Positions 9,118 through 17,002 of a stretch of DNA of 64,000 bases are shown in pieces (position 1 is the first letter of the stretch; every line of letters begins with the position of its first letter). Below the pieces are notes generated by a model. That model made no database searches and was not told the DNA's origin. It was given only the letters and a program-made list of their open reading frames with translations. Made by a program: the position numbers and the translations under genes. The stretch is from assembly GCA_963779755.1 (NCBI GenBank), contig CAVZZO010000001.1, positions 1,088,001 through 1,152,000 on the forward strand. The letters run 5' to 3'. This DNA comes from an uncultured Gemmatimonadales bacterium (lineage in GTDB: Bacteria; Gemmatimonadota; Gemmatimonadetes; Gemmatimonadales; GWC2-71-9).

Positions 9118-9529
9118 CGATGTCTATCCGGTCGTGCGAGAAATCCACGGTGGTCACCGGAAAGAGCACCACTCCCGGGCCGCCGGCGAAGGTGACCGCC
9201 ACGTCGTTCCCCTGCATGGCCCAGGTGCAGGCCGTCACGGTCCGGAGCGGATACCCCAGCGCAAGGGAGAAGTTCTCGATCCGACGGACGCAGTGCCCGT
9301 CCACGCCGAAGCTCCACGTGGTGGTGATCCGGATCAGATCCTGGTCGGTCCGGTAGAGTTGGACATTGGCCCAGGTCCCCACCAGCAGGTCGGAGCCCGT
9401 CTGGATCCCACCGCCGCCGGTGCCGCCGGTCCCTACGCCCGGCTGCTGCCCGCCGCCCCCGAGGCCGGTGGGCGTCCGGGCGCTGCCCGCACAGCCGAAG
9501 CTCAGGAGGAGGCCGCCAGCCAGCGCCAC
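9089..9529 (-). CDS. Putative lipoprotein (Gly-rich linker followed by a small beta domain)
   Basis: LLLSFG-C lipobox-like sequence, then GGGGQQPGVGTGGTGGGG and LVGTW; fills the gap in the operon; start uncertain. Confidence 0.6.
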   Translation of the reverse strand: MALAGGLLLSFGCAGSARTPTGLGGGGQQPGVGTGGTGGGGIQTGSDLLVGTWANVQLYRTDQDLIRITTTWSFGVDGHCVRRIENFSLALGYPLRTVTACTWAMQGNDVAVTFAGGPGVVLFPVTTVDFSHDRIDIGGYRFERQS

Positions 9530-10290
9530 GCGAGCCAGCCGCCCAGCGCGCCCGCGCCGGTGGCCACCAGGTTCACGCCGTCGTTGCTGAGCCATCGCCA
9601 TCCTCCCGTCGGTTGCGCTGCCGCGCCGCAGCGATGTCGAGCCCGTTCGCAGGGCTGCTGGCAGCGGGGGCAGTAGAATCGTGCCTGCACCAGAGACCCC
9701 AGGGCGGAATCTCCCAGCATCCCCCCGAAACCTAGGACGGTTCCCGCCGGAAAGAAGAGACGCCCACCGGCCAGAGACGCCGCCACGGCGGCCAGGAACA
9801 CCGCGCCGGCCAGCCCGGCGGCGGTGCCGGCCCAGCTCACGGCGCCGCTGGTGCCCGGCGGCACCCGGCGGCCGCGGAACAGGTCGCGAGGCCAGCCGCC
9901 GAAGCGGGGGCCCCAGGCCGATGCCCAGGTGTCGGCCGTCGCGACGGCGAGCGCAGCGGCCAGCATCCAGAAGCCGGCCTGGGGATGGCGCAGCGCCACC
10001 AGCGCGCCCACGGCCGCGGGGCCGCCGTTGGCCAGGACCTGTACTGCATCGCGCCGATCGCCGCGGGCATCGAGATCCCGCGCCGCCGGATCCGGCCCCC
10101 CGCGGCCCAGGAGCGTGCTGGACAGAAAGAAGGCGGCCAGCACCGCGCCACCCCGCCAGCCGGTACCGGCCAGCACCGCCGTGCCCACGAGCACGGCCGC
10201 CGCGGCGCCGCCCGCGCTGAGGGCGCGCCCGCGCCAGGCGGCCAGGGCCAGCGCCGCCGCCACCAGGACGGCGAGCCCGGGGCCGGGCAT
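9502..10290 (-). CDS. DUF92 (TMEM19/VTE6-like) membrane protein
   Basis: RDAVQVLANGG, ATADTWAS, VPPGTSGAVSWAG, DSALGSLVQ, LSNDGVN; CPRC...HRC insert. Confidence 0.88.
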   Translation of the reverse strand: MPGPGLAVLVAAALALAAWRGRALSAGGAAAAVLVGTAVLAGTGWRGGAVLAAFFLSSTLLGRGGPDPAARDLDARGDRRDAVQVLANGGPAAVGALVALRHPQAGFWMLAAALAVATADTWASAWGPRFGGWPRDLFRGRRVPPGTSGAVSWAGTAAGLAGAVFLAAVAASLAGGRLFFPAGTVLGFGGMLGDSALGSLVQARFYCPRCQQPCERARHRCGAAAQPTGGWRWLSNDGVNLVATGAGALGGWLAWRWLAASS

Positions 10291-10547
10291 CAGGCGGGAG
10301 GCGCTGGCTTCGCCTGTCGCAGGGAATCCAGGATGCGGGCCCGCAGCTCGGGCGGGCACTGCTGGCGCTCCAGCTGCTGTTCCAGCAGGTGGAGGAACTT
10401 CCGTTCGATGCGGGCGGCGTCGTCGCAGGCACGGCAGCGCTGCAGGTGCCGGCGGATCTCGTCCGCCAGCTCCGGCGTGATCTCCTGCTTGAGGTAATCC
10501 GCCAGATGCTCCATCAGGTCACGGCACTCGAAATCCGGGGGCGTCAT
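10290..10547 (-). CDS. Zinc-binding anti-sigma factor (zf-HC2, RsrA/RshA-like, soluble)
   Basis: C...HLQRCRAC (HxxxCxxC) and CPPELRARI; coupled to the ECF sigma gene. Confidence 0.88.
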   Translation of the reverse strand: MTPPDFECRDLMEHLADYLKQEITPELADEIRRHLQRCRACDDAARIERKFLHLLEQQLERQQCPPELRARILDSLRQAKPAPPA

Positions 10548-11113
10548 GCGCGGCCTCCCTGCCGGAGAAATCCCATTTCCACCGCATGCTGGTAGAGGTC
10601 GCTCTGCAGCTGCCGGCGAGCGCGAAAGAGGCGCGACTTGACGGTGCCCACCGGAATCGCCAGCGCCTGGGCGATCTCGGCGTAGGGCAGGCCCTCCACG
10701 TCGCTCAGCTGCACCACTTCGCGGAAATCGGTCGGGAGCCGGTCCAGCGCTTCCAGCACCCGGTCGTCCACGATCCGGTCGAAGAACTCCCCTTCCGGAT
10801 CGGCTTCTGCCATGCGGGCATGCAGCGAGTCCAGCGCGTCCCGGCTGAGGTCGGCCGCCGGTGTCTCGCGCCGCTGCCGCCGCAGGCTGTTGAGGAAGGT
10901 GTTTCGCAGAATGGCCACCAGCCAGGCGCGCGCGCTGGTCCCCGGCTGATAGCTGTGCCAGGCGCGGAAAGCCTTCAGCATGGTCTCCTGCACCAGGTCT
11001 TCCGCCTGGCTGCGGTCGCCGCCGGCATAGCGCAGCGCCATCCGGTAAAGCAGATCCAGATGCGGAAGCACCTCGGCGTCGAAACTGCGGGGGCGGGCGG
11101 AAGAGACGGCCAT
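10544..11113 (-). CDS. ECF RNA polymerase sigma factor
   Basis: AEDLVQETMLKAFRAW, AWLVAILRNTFLN, YAEIAQALAIPVGTVKSRLFRAR. Confidence 0.93.
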   Translation of the reverse strand: MAVSSARPRSFDAEVLPHLDLLYRMALRYAGGDRSQAEDLVQETMLKAFRAWHSYQPGTSARAWLVAILRNTFLNSLRRQRRETPAADLSRDALDSLHARMAEADPEGEFFDRIVDDRVLEALDRLPTDFREVVQLSDVEGLPYAEIAQALAIPVGTVKSRLFRARRQLQSDLYQHAVEMGFLRQGGRA

Positions 11114-11142
11114 GAGTGGAAGGTAAGGGGTGAGGCAGGAGG

Positions 11143-11240
11143 GGGGAAAGAAGAAGGAGAAACGGGAAACGGGAACGGGCAAACGCTGTCTGTTCCCTTT
11201 TCCCTTTTCCCATTTCCCGGTTCTCCGTTAGGTTTCCCCC
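11143..11240. repeat. Inverted heptamer arrays (GGGAAAC)n / (TTTTCCC)n
   Basis: aaacgggaaacgggaacgggcaaac ... ttcccttttcccttttcccatttccc. Confidence 0.7.
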
Positions 11241-11261
11241 ACTTCATCCCACCGGTCCTCC

Positions 11262-11888
11262 GTGTCCGCTCGCTCCGTCGCCGCCGTCATCCCGCTGAGC
11301 CTGCTGCAGGCTATCCGGAATCTCGATACGCCGGTGGAGGACGGACTCCAGGAGTTCGCCGAGGAGATCGTGGCCCGCCGGCTGGGCCTGAGCCGAACCG
11401 TCGCGGCGCAGATCGCGCGCTATGAAGAGGCGGCCGAGCGGGGCGGGGATGTGCCTCAGGAAGAGGCGGTGGCGGTGTTCCGCCTGGTGGACCGGCGGCC
11501 CGATGCCGAGCTTGCGTTCGCCGACGCCGGACGTCGTGCGGCCCGCCAGGTGGCGCGGGCGGCGGCCTTCCCGGTGCGGGCCCTGGTCTCGGGTGCGCCC
11601 GCTTTTGTGGGACGGCGGGTGGGCGCCCGCGCGGCAGCCTCGGGCGCCCGGGAGGCGTTCGGGGCGGAGCTGACCCTGGCGGGCGGCATCGCCCTGGCCC
11701 GGGTGGACGAGCCGCTGTCGCTGCTGGCGGGCGAGAAAAACCGGGGGTGCGGCTTCTACGGCGCGGCGTTGGGCGAGCTGCTGCGCTGCCATACGGGATT
11801 CGAGGGCGCCATGCTGCACGAGCGCTGCCGGCTCCGGGGCGACACGGAATGCGCCTGGCGCGCCGTTCACACGGGAGACTACGAATGA
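11262..11888 (+). CDS. Hypothetical protein with a V4R-like C-terminus
   Basis: GCGFYGAALGELL...MLHERCRLRGDTECAW resembles the V4R C/E-x-C...C motif; overlaps the next gene's start. Confidence 0.65.
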   Translation: MSARSVAAVIPLSLLQAIRNLDTPVEDGLQEFAEEIVARRLGLSRTVAAQIARYEEAAERGGDVPQEEAVAVFRLVDRRPDAELAFADAGRRAARQVARAAAFPVRALVSGAPAFVGRRVGARAAASGAREAFGAELTLAGGIALARVDEPLSLLAGEKNRGCGFYGAALGELLRCHTGFEGAMLHERCRLRGDTECAWRAVHTGDYE

Positions 11889-13066
11889 GTGCACTGGAGA
11901 CGCTGGACCGGGGCGAGCTGCGCCGCGCCCTCGAGGCGCTGGGGGCCGACGCCTGGCTGCTGTTCGATTTCCACGGCATCAATCCCGTGGCGGCGCGGGT
12001 GCTCGGCCTGGGCGGCATGGCGACGCGGCGGCTCTTCGTGCTGCTCCCGCGCGAGGGCAAACCGGTGGCGGTGGCGCACAAGATCGAGCTGCAGCCGCTG
12101 GCCGGGTTCCCCGGCGAGGTCCAGCCCTACGCCCGCTGGGAGGAGCTGGAGGCCCGGCTGCGGCCGCTGGTGAACGGCAAACGGTTGGCCATGGAGATTT
12201 CCCCCCGCGACAACGTTCCCTATCTCGATCGGGTTCCCTTCGGCGTGGTGGAGCTGCTGGAGAGCCTGGGGGCCACGGTGGTGCCGTCGGCCGACCTGGT
12301 GACGCGGTTCGCCGCCCGCTGGAGCGACGCGGAACTGCAGGACCACCTCTCGGCTGCGGAGACCATCGCGCAGATCGCGCGCGAGGCGCTGGCCCGGGCG
12401 GTGACGCAGGGGGGCAAGGGGCTGCGGGAGACGGCGATGCAGGCCGAGGTGGTGGCCGCCATGAAAAAGTCGGGGCTGGCGCTGACCGAGCCGCCCATCG
12501 TAGGCTTCGGCCCCAACGCCGCCAACCCGCACTACGAACCACTCGAGGGGCAGGACGCCGAGCTGCGCGAAAACGAAGTCGTGCTGCTGGATCTGTGGGG
12601 CGGCCGCAGCCGCCAGACGGTGTTCGCCGATCAGACCTGGATGGGCTTCTCCGGCCCGACGCCGCCCGCGGAGGTCCAGCGCGTCTGGGAAACCGTGCGC
12701 GACGCGCGGGATGCCGCCGTGACGGTGCTGCGGGAGGCGTGGAAGCGGCGAGAGACCCTGGCCGGCTTCCAGGTGGACCAGGCGGCGCGGGGGGTGATCG
12801 AGAAGGCCGGCTACGGCGAGGCCTTCGTGCATCGGACCGGGCATTCCATCGACCGGGACCTGCACGGCTCGGGTCCCCACATGGACAGCTATGAGACCCG
12901 GGACGAGCGGGCACTGCTCACGGGGATCGGTTTTTCGATTGAGCCTGGGGTTTACCTGACGGGGAATTTCGGAGTCCGCAGTGAAATCAACGTCTATCTG
13001 GGGCCGGATGGCCCGCGGGTGACGCCGGGGGAGCCGCAGGTGGAGCTGATCGTTCCAGGGGCGTAG
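11885..13066 (+). CDS. M24 family Xaa-Pro aminopeptidase
   Basis: LLDLW, ADQTW, HRTGHSI, FSIEPGVY, GVRSEIN metal-ligand motifs. Confidence 0.92.
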   Translation: MSALETLDRGELRRALEALGADAWLLFDFHGINPVAARVLGLGGMATRRLFVLLPREGKPVAVAHKIELQPLAGFPGEVQPYARWEELEARLRPLVNGKRLAMEISPRDNVPYLDRVPFGVVELLESLGATVVPSADLVTRFAARWSDAELQDHLSAAETIAQIAREALARAVTQGGKGLRETAMQAEVVAAMKKSGLALTEPPIVGFGPNAANPHYEPLEGQDAELRENEVVLLDLWGGRSRQTVFADQTWMGFSGPTPPAEVQRVWETVRDARDAAVTVLREAWKRRETLAGFQVDQAARGVIEKAGYGEAFVHRTGHSIDRDLHGSGPHMDSYETRDERALLTGIGFSIEPGVYLTGNFGVRSEINVYLGPDGPRVTPGEPQVELIVPGA

Positions 13067-13068
13067 CC

Positions 13069-13190
13069 GGTCGAGGGGGTCGAGCGGAGCCTGGCTGGGG
13101 TCCCAGGTTGGTGCATACAAGTCGAGGGGTCGAGGCCGAGCACCCTCTCGACCCTCTCGACCCCCTCGACCCCCTCGACCCCCTCGACCT
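13069..13190. repeat. 9-mer tandem and inverted arrays (CCCCTCGAC)n / (GTCGAGGGG)n
   Basis: Five tandem cc(c/t)ctcgac units preceded by complementary gtcgagggg units. Confidence 0.8.
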
Positions 13191-13367
13191 ACTAAGGAAA
13201 GATCCGAGCCCTACGTTTCCACCAGCAACATGTCCACGATCCCCTGGCTCGGTCGTCTTATGGATTTCGAGAGCACTGGAGGCGGGGCATGGCATCGGGG
13301 TGCATCTAGCGTCGTTTCAGAGAGTTACGATCTGAACCCTCGGTGGGTGGCCAGGCGTGACGATTCC

Positions 13368-13396
13368 TTGACACCGGATTTGGTGTTTCTCATATT
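13368..13396 (+). promoter_or_regulatory. Putative sigma70 promoter of the TonB receptor cluster with an overlapping inverted repeat
   Basis: TTGACA-17 nt-CATATT; ACACC-ggattt-GGTGT palindrome overlaps the -35 and spacer. Confidence 0.6.
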
Positions 13397-13597
13397 GCTT
13401 CACCCGGCCGGGCCGCGGCCGGGCACGTATCGCCAGGTACAATCGTAGTTTTACGCACTTCTGATCCTCTTCAGCAGGTCGTGTAACAGCGCAGTCGCAT
13501 CTCGTTCCCGGCAGACGGGGAGGCCGGGGCGTGCATGCTTGCAGGCCGTCTGGTACGGCAGGAAACTCCAGTGTTCACGCCTTTGGAGGACGCTCTC

Positions 13598-16500
13598 ATG
13601 AAACAAAGTTGTGTAGGCGCCTTCGCGCGCGTAGCGCGGTGGTTCGCGCTCGCGGCAGTGGTGCTGGGCGTCAGCGCGGGTGCGCTGTACGCCCAGGCTG
13701 CTGGTAAAGTTGAAGGCAGAGTCCGCGACCAGGCCGGGGCGCCGATCGCCAATGCCCAGGTGACGCTCGTGGGCTCGGCGTTCGCGACCACGACCAACAA
13801 TCAGGGGTACTACTTCTTCAACAACGTGCCGCCCGGGGTGGTCACCATCCGGGCCGCTTTCGTTGGGTACAAGTCGGCCGAGGCCCGGGACGTCCGGGTG
13901 CTGGCCGGCCAGACCCTCACCCAGGACATCCAGCTGGAGCAGACGCCGTTCCAGGTGGAAGAGATCACGGTGGTGGCCACGGCCACACCGCTGGTGCCGC
14001 GAGACGAAGTCACCACCAAGCAGCGGCTCACCGGCGATTTCGTGACCAAGCTGCCGGCCGACCAGCTCACCAACGTGCTGGCGCTGCAGCCGGGCGTGGT
14101 GGCCAGCGCGGGCGGCGGCACGCTGTCCATCCGCGGCGGCCGGAGCGACGAAGCCTCCACCTACATCGACGGCGTGCCGGTGGATCCGGGCTACCGCGGG
14201 AATGCCTTCGTGGGCATCGGCGGGACCCAGATCAGCGTCGCCACCAACGCCTTCGAGCAGGCGTCGATCACCACCGGCGCCAGCAGCTCGGAGTTCGGCA
14301 ACGCGCAGTCGGGCATCATCAATATCGAAACCCGCACCGGTGGCCAGAGCTTCAGCGGCCAGCTGGGCTTCGAGAGCGACGAGCCCTTCGGCAAGGCCCA
14401 CAGCATCGGCTACAACGCCATCCGGGGCAACCTGGGCGGCCCGATCTACAAGAACCTCACGTTCTTCGTGTCGGGGGCCCTGCTGGGGCAGGCGTCGGCG
14501 ACGAGCGGGCTGCATTCCATCGACTACCCGATCTTCGTGCCGGCGGGGGTGGACACCACGGTGGCCGTGCCCAGCGCCATCAACGATCCGCTGGCCGACA
14601 CCACCATGGTGGCGGTGGAGAAGTACGCCATCTACCGCGGCGACTGCAATGCCTTCAGCGGCAGCACCAATTCCGGTATCGCCGACAACTATGGCAACAG
14701 CTGCCAGGGCATCCGGATTCCCTACAGCGCCAGCACGATCTACCAGCTCAGCGGCAAGCTGAACTACACCTTCGGCACCGGCAGCCGCATCGCGTTGAGC
14801 TACAACGGCAGCCGCAACCAGTCCCGGAACTCGAACTTCTTCAACTTCGAGGATCCCATTCTGCTGTCGGGGAACCGGTCCTGGAGCAACTACTTCACCC
14901 TGAGCTGGACGCAGAACCTGGCCAAGTCCTCCGAGCGGGCGCTGGCGATCGACGCCAACGTCGCCTATCAGATGGACCGCCGGCTCAACGGGCCGATGAC
15001 CCGGCAGAGCGAGCTGGACACGCGCAATCCGTTCGGCGGCTTCATGCTGGGCAACATCGATTTCATGTGGGACTTCAACAGCTTCCCGCTGGACCAGCAG
15101 CTGGTGGATAACTATCGCAACAACGTTCCGGGCTCGCGGCGCTCGCCGCTGGACCTGGAAAACCGCGATCAGTACTCCGTCATCGACAAGTACCGCAACA
15201 ACGCCTACGGCCTGGACGGCTTCGCCGAGTCGGGCGGCCCCACCAACCGGCTCTTTCTGTATCGCGAGAACCGCTGGGTCGGGAAGGGCAACCTCGACTG
15301 GCAGGTCGACCGCTATAACCGGGTCAAGATCGGCGGCGAGTATACCCACTACGACATCTCCAACTACTCCCACGCGCTGACCAGCCAGGCGTTCTCCGAC
15401 ATCTTCATCGAGTCGCCCATGCGTTACGACGCCTTCGTCGAGGATCGTCTCGACCTGGGCGACGTGGTGGTGGTGGGCGGTCTGCGCTACGACTACTACA
15501 AGTCGAACGGCTCGCACCCCTACGTGCTGGACACCGTCTCGACCCACGCCACCTTCGGCACCTACAGCTACTTCCCCCGGCCCAACAGCTACGGCACGGG
15601 CGGCGCGGATCTGAACGGCATGCCGTTGGTGAAGTACGTGGCGGATCAGGGCCACAGCTATGTGAGCCCGCACATCCAGGTGTCCTTCCCGGTCACCGAC
15701 CGCACCAATTTCCGGCTCTCCTACGCCCACCAGGTGCAGACGCCGGACTTCGGGCTGATCCTGGGCGGGATGAACACCGACCTGGCCGTGACCAACACCA
15801 ACCACGTGTACGGCACCGATCTGGACTTCGGGAAGACCATCTCCTTCGAGTTCGGTATCCGGCACGCGTTCAGCGACGACATGGTGCTGGACATCTCGGC
15901 CTATAACCGGGACAACCTCTCCAACTTTGCCGGCCGTCTGGTCAGCTTCTCCGATCCGCAGCGCCAAGGCGCCAACGTGGATCTCCGGGTGATGACCAAC
16001 GCCGACTTCGGCAATACCCGCGGCATCGACGTCCGGCTCGACCGGCGCTTCGGCCGGTTCTTCAACGGCGTGCTGACCTACACCTTCCAGCAGGCCAAGA
16101 ACACCGGGTCCGATCCGTTCACCTACATCAATTTCGGCTCGCGGATCGTCAACCAGATCTCCGGCGGCAACCAGCCGCCCCCGCAGTCGATCTTCCCGAC
16201 GGCCAGCAGCCGGCCGCACAACCTGACCGGCTCGTTCGCGCTCAGCTTCCCGTCGGACTGGAAAGAAGGCTCCACGGCGGGCGCCATCCTGGGTGGCGCG
16301 GGCGTCACGGCGCTGTTCCGCTACTCCAGCGGCACCGCCTTCACCCGCTGCCCGGCCGAGACGGGCAACGAGGGCGTGCTCTCCGGCGGGGTCTGCTCCC
16401 GGCAGTTCGAGGGCGACTTCTTCGGCGCCCGCACGCCGGCCTTCAAGCAGCTGGACATGAAGTTCACCAAGAGCTTCGGGCTGCGCGGCCTGGATGTGAC

Positions 16501-16924
16501 CGCCTTCCTCGATGCCCGCAATATCCTGAACTTCAAGAACATCGTGACCGTGTTCACCACCACGAACGACATCGTGAACCAGTCCGAGCAGGTCATCAGG
16601 TTCAGTTCGGACAGCTCCGCCTTTGCCGAAGAGGCGAAGGCCAACGGCGTCTACAACGACGGCAGCGGCGCCATCGACCTGACCTTCGGCGGAGCGGCCG
16701 CCAGCGGTTGCGGCAACTGGGTGAACGCGCAGAATGATCCCACCACGCCCAACTGCGTCTACCTCATCCGGGCGGAGCAGCGCTACGGTAACGGGGACGG
16801 CGTCTTCAGCCTGAGCGAGCAGAAAGCCGCTCACGACGCGCTGTACTTCACCAATGGGCGCGGGATCAACGCCTTTACCACCCAGCCGCGCAACCTGCGG
16901 TTGGGGCTCGAAGTGAACTTCTAG
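13598..16924 (+). CDS. TonB-dependent receptor with an N-terminal carboxypeptidase-regulatory-like domain
   Basis: Signal peptide ALYA|Q, GKVEGRVRD, plug IRGGRSDEASTYIDGV, C-terminal PRNLRLGLEVNF. Confidence 0.93.
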   Translation: MKQSCVGAFARVARWFALAAVVLGVSAGALYAQAAGKVEGRVRDQAGAPIANAQVTLVGSAFATTTNNQGYYFFNNVPPGVVTIRAAFVGYKSAEARDVRVLAGQTLTQDIQLEQTPFQVEEITVVATATPLVPRDEVTTKQRLTGDFVTKLPADQLTNVLALQPGVVASAGGGTLSIRGGRSDEASTYIDGVPVDPGYRGNAFVGIGGTQISVATNAFEQASITTGASSSEFGNAQSGIINIETRTGGQSFSGQLGFESDEPFGKAHSIGYNAIRGNLGGPIYKNLTFFVSGALLGQASATSGLHSIDYPIFVPAGVDTTVAVPSAINDPLADTTMVAVEKYAIYRGDCNAFSGSTNSGIADNYGNSCQGIRIPYSASTIYQLSGKLNYTFGTGSRIALSYNGSRNQSRNSNFFNFEDPILLSGNRSWSNYFTLSWTQNLAKSSERALAIDANVAYQMDRRLNGPMTRQSELDTRNPFGGFMLGNIDFMWDFNSFPLDQQLVDNYRNNVPGSRRSPLDLENRDQYSVIDKYRNNAYGLDGFAESGGPTNRLFLYRENRWVGKGNLDWQVDRYNRVKIGGEYTHYDISNYSHALTSQAFSDIFIESPMRYDAFVEDRLDLGDVVVVGGLRYDYYKSNGSHPYVLDTVSTHATFGTYSYFPRPNSYGTGGADLNGMPLVKYVADQGHSYVSPHIQVSFPVTDRTNFRLSYAHQVQTPDFGLILGGMNTDLAVTNTNHVYGTDLDFGKTISFEFGIRHAFSDDMVLDISAYNRDNLSNFAGRLVSFSDPQRQGANVDLRVMTNADFGNTRGIDVRLDRRFGRFFNGVLTYTFQQAKNTGSDPFTYINFGSRIVNQISGGNQPPPQSIFPTASSRPHNLTGSFALSFPSDWKEGSTAGAILGGAGVTALFRYSSGTAFTRCPAETGNEGVLSGGVCSRQFEGDFFGARTPAFKQLDMKFTKSFGLRGLDVTAFLDARNILNFKNIVTVFTTTNDIVNQSEQVIRFSSDSSAFAEEAKANGVYNDGSGAIDLTFGGAAASGCGNWVNAQNDPTTPNCVYLIRAEQRYGNGDGVFSLSEQKAAHDALYFTNGRGINAFTTQPRNLRLGLEVNF

Positions 16925-17002
16925 TAACGCACCGCCGGCCGGTCGCCCTTCCCGGGCGGCCGGTCCGCGCGGCGCCCGTCCTATCTGATGAGAGAGGATG
17001 CA

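Noticed and set aside
13141..13190. Short repeat arrays considered as CRISPR or as a (PLD)n peptide
   Set aside because: Units are 7-9 bp with no unique spacers, and there are no cas genes; the peptide is just a translation of the repeat.
13290..13306. Possible sigma54 site TGGCATCGGGGTGCA
   Set aside because: GG-GC spacing is 9 nt rather than the required 10.
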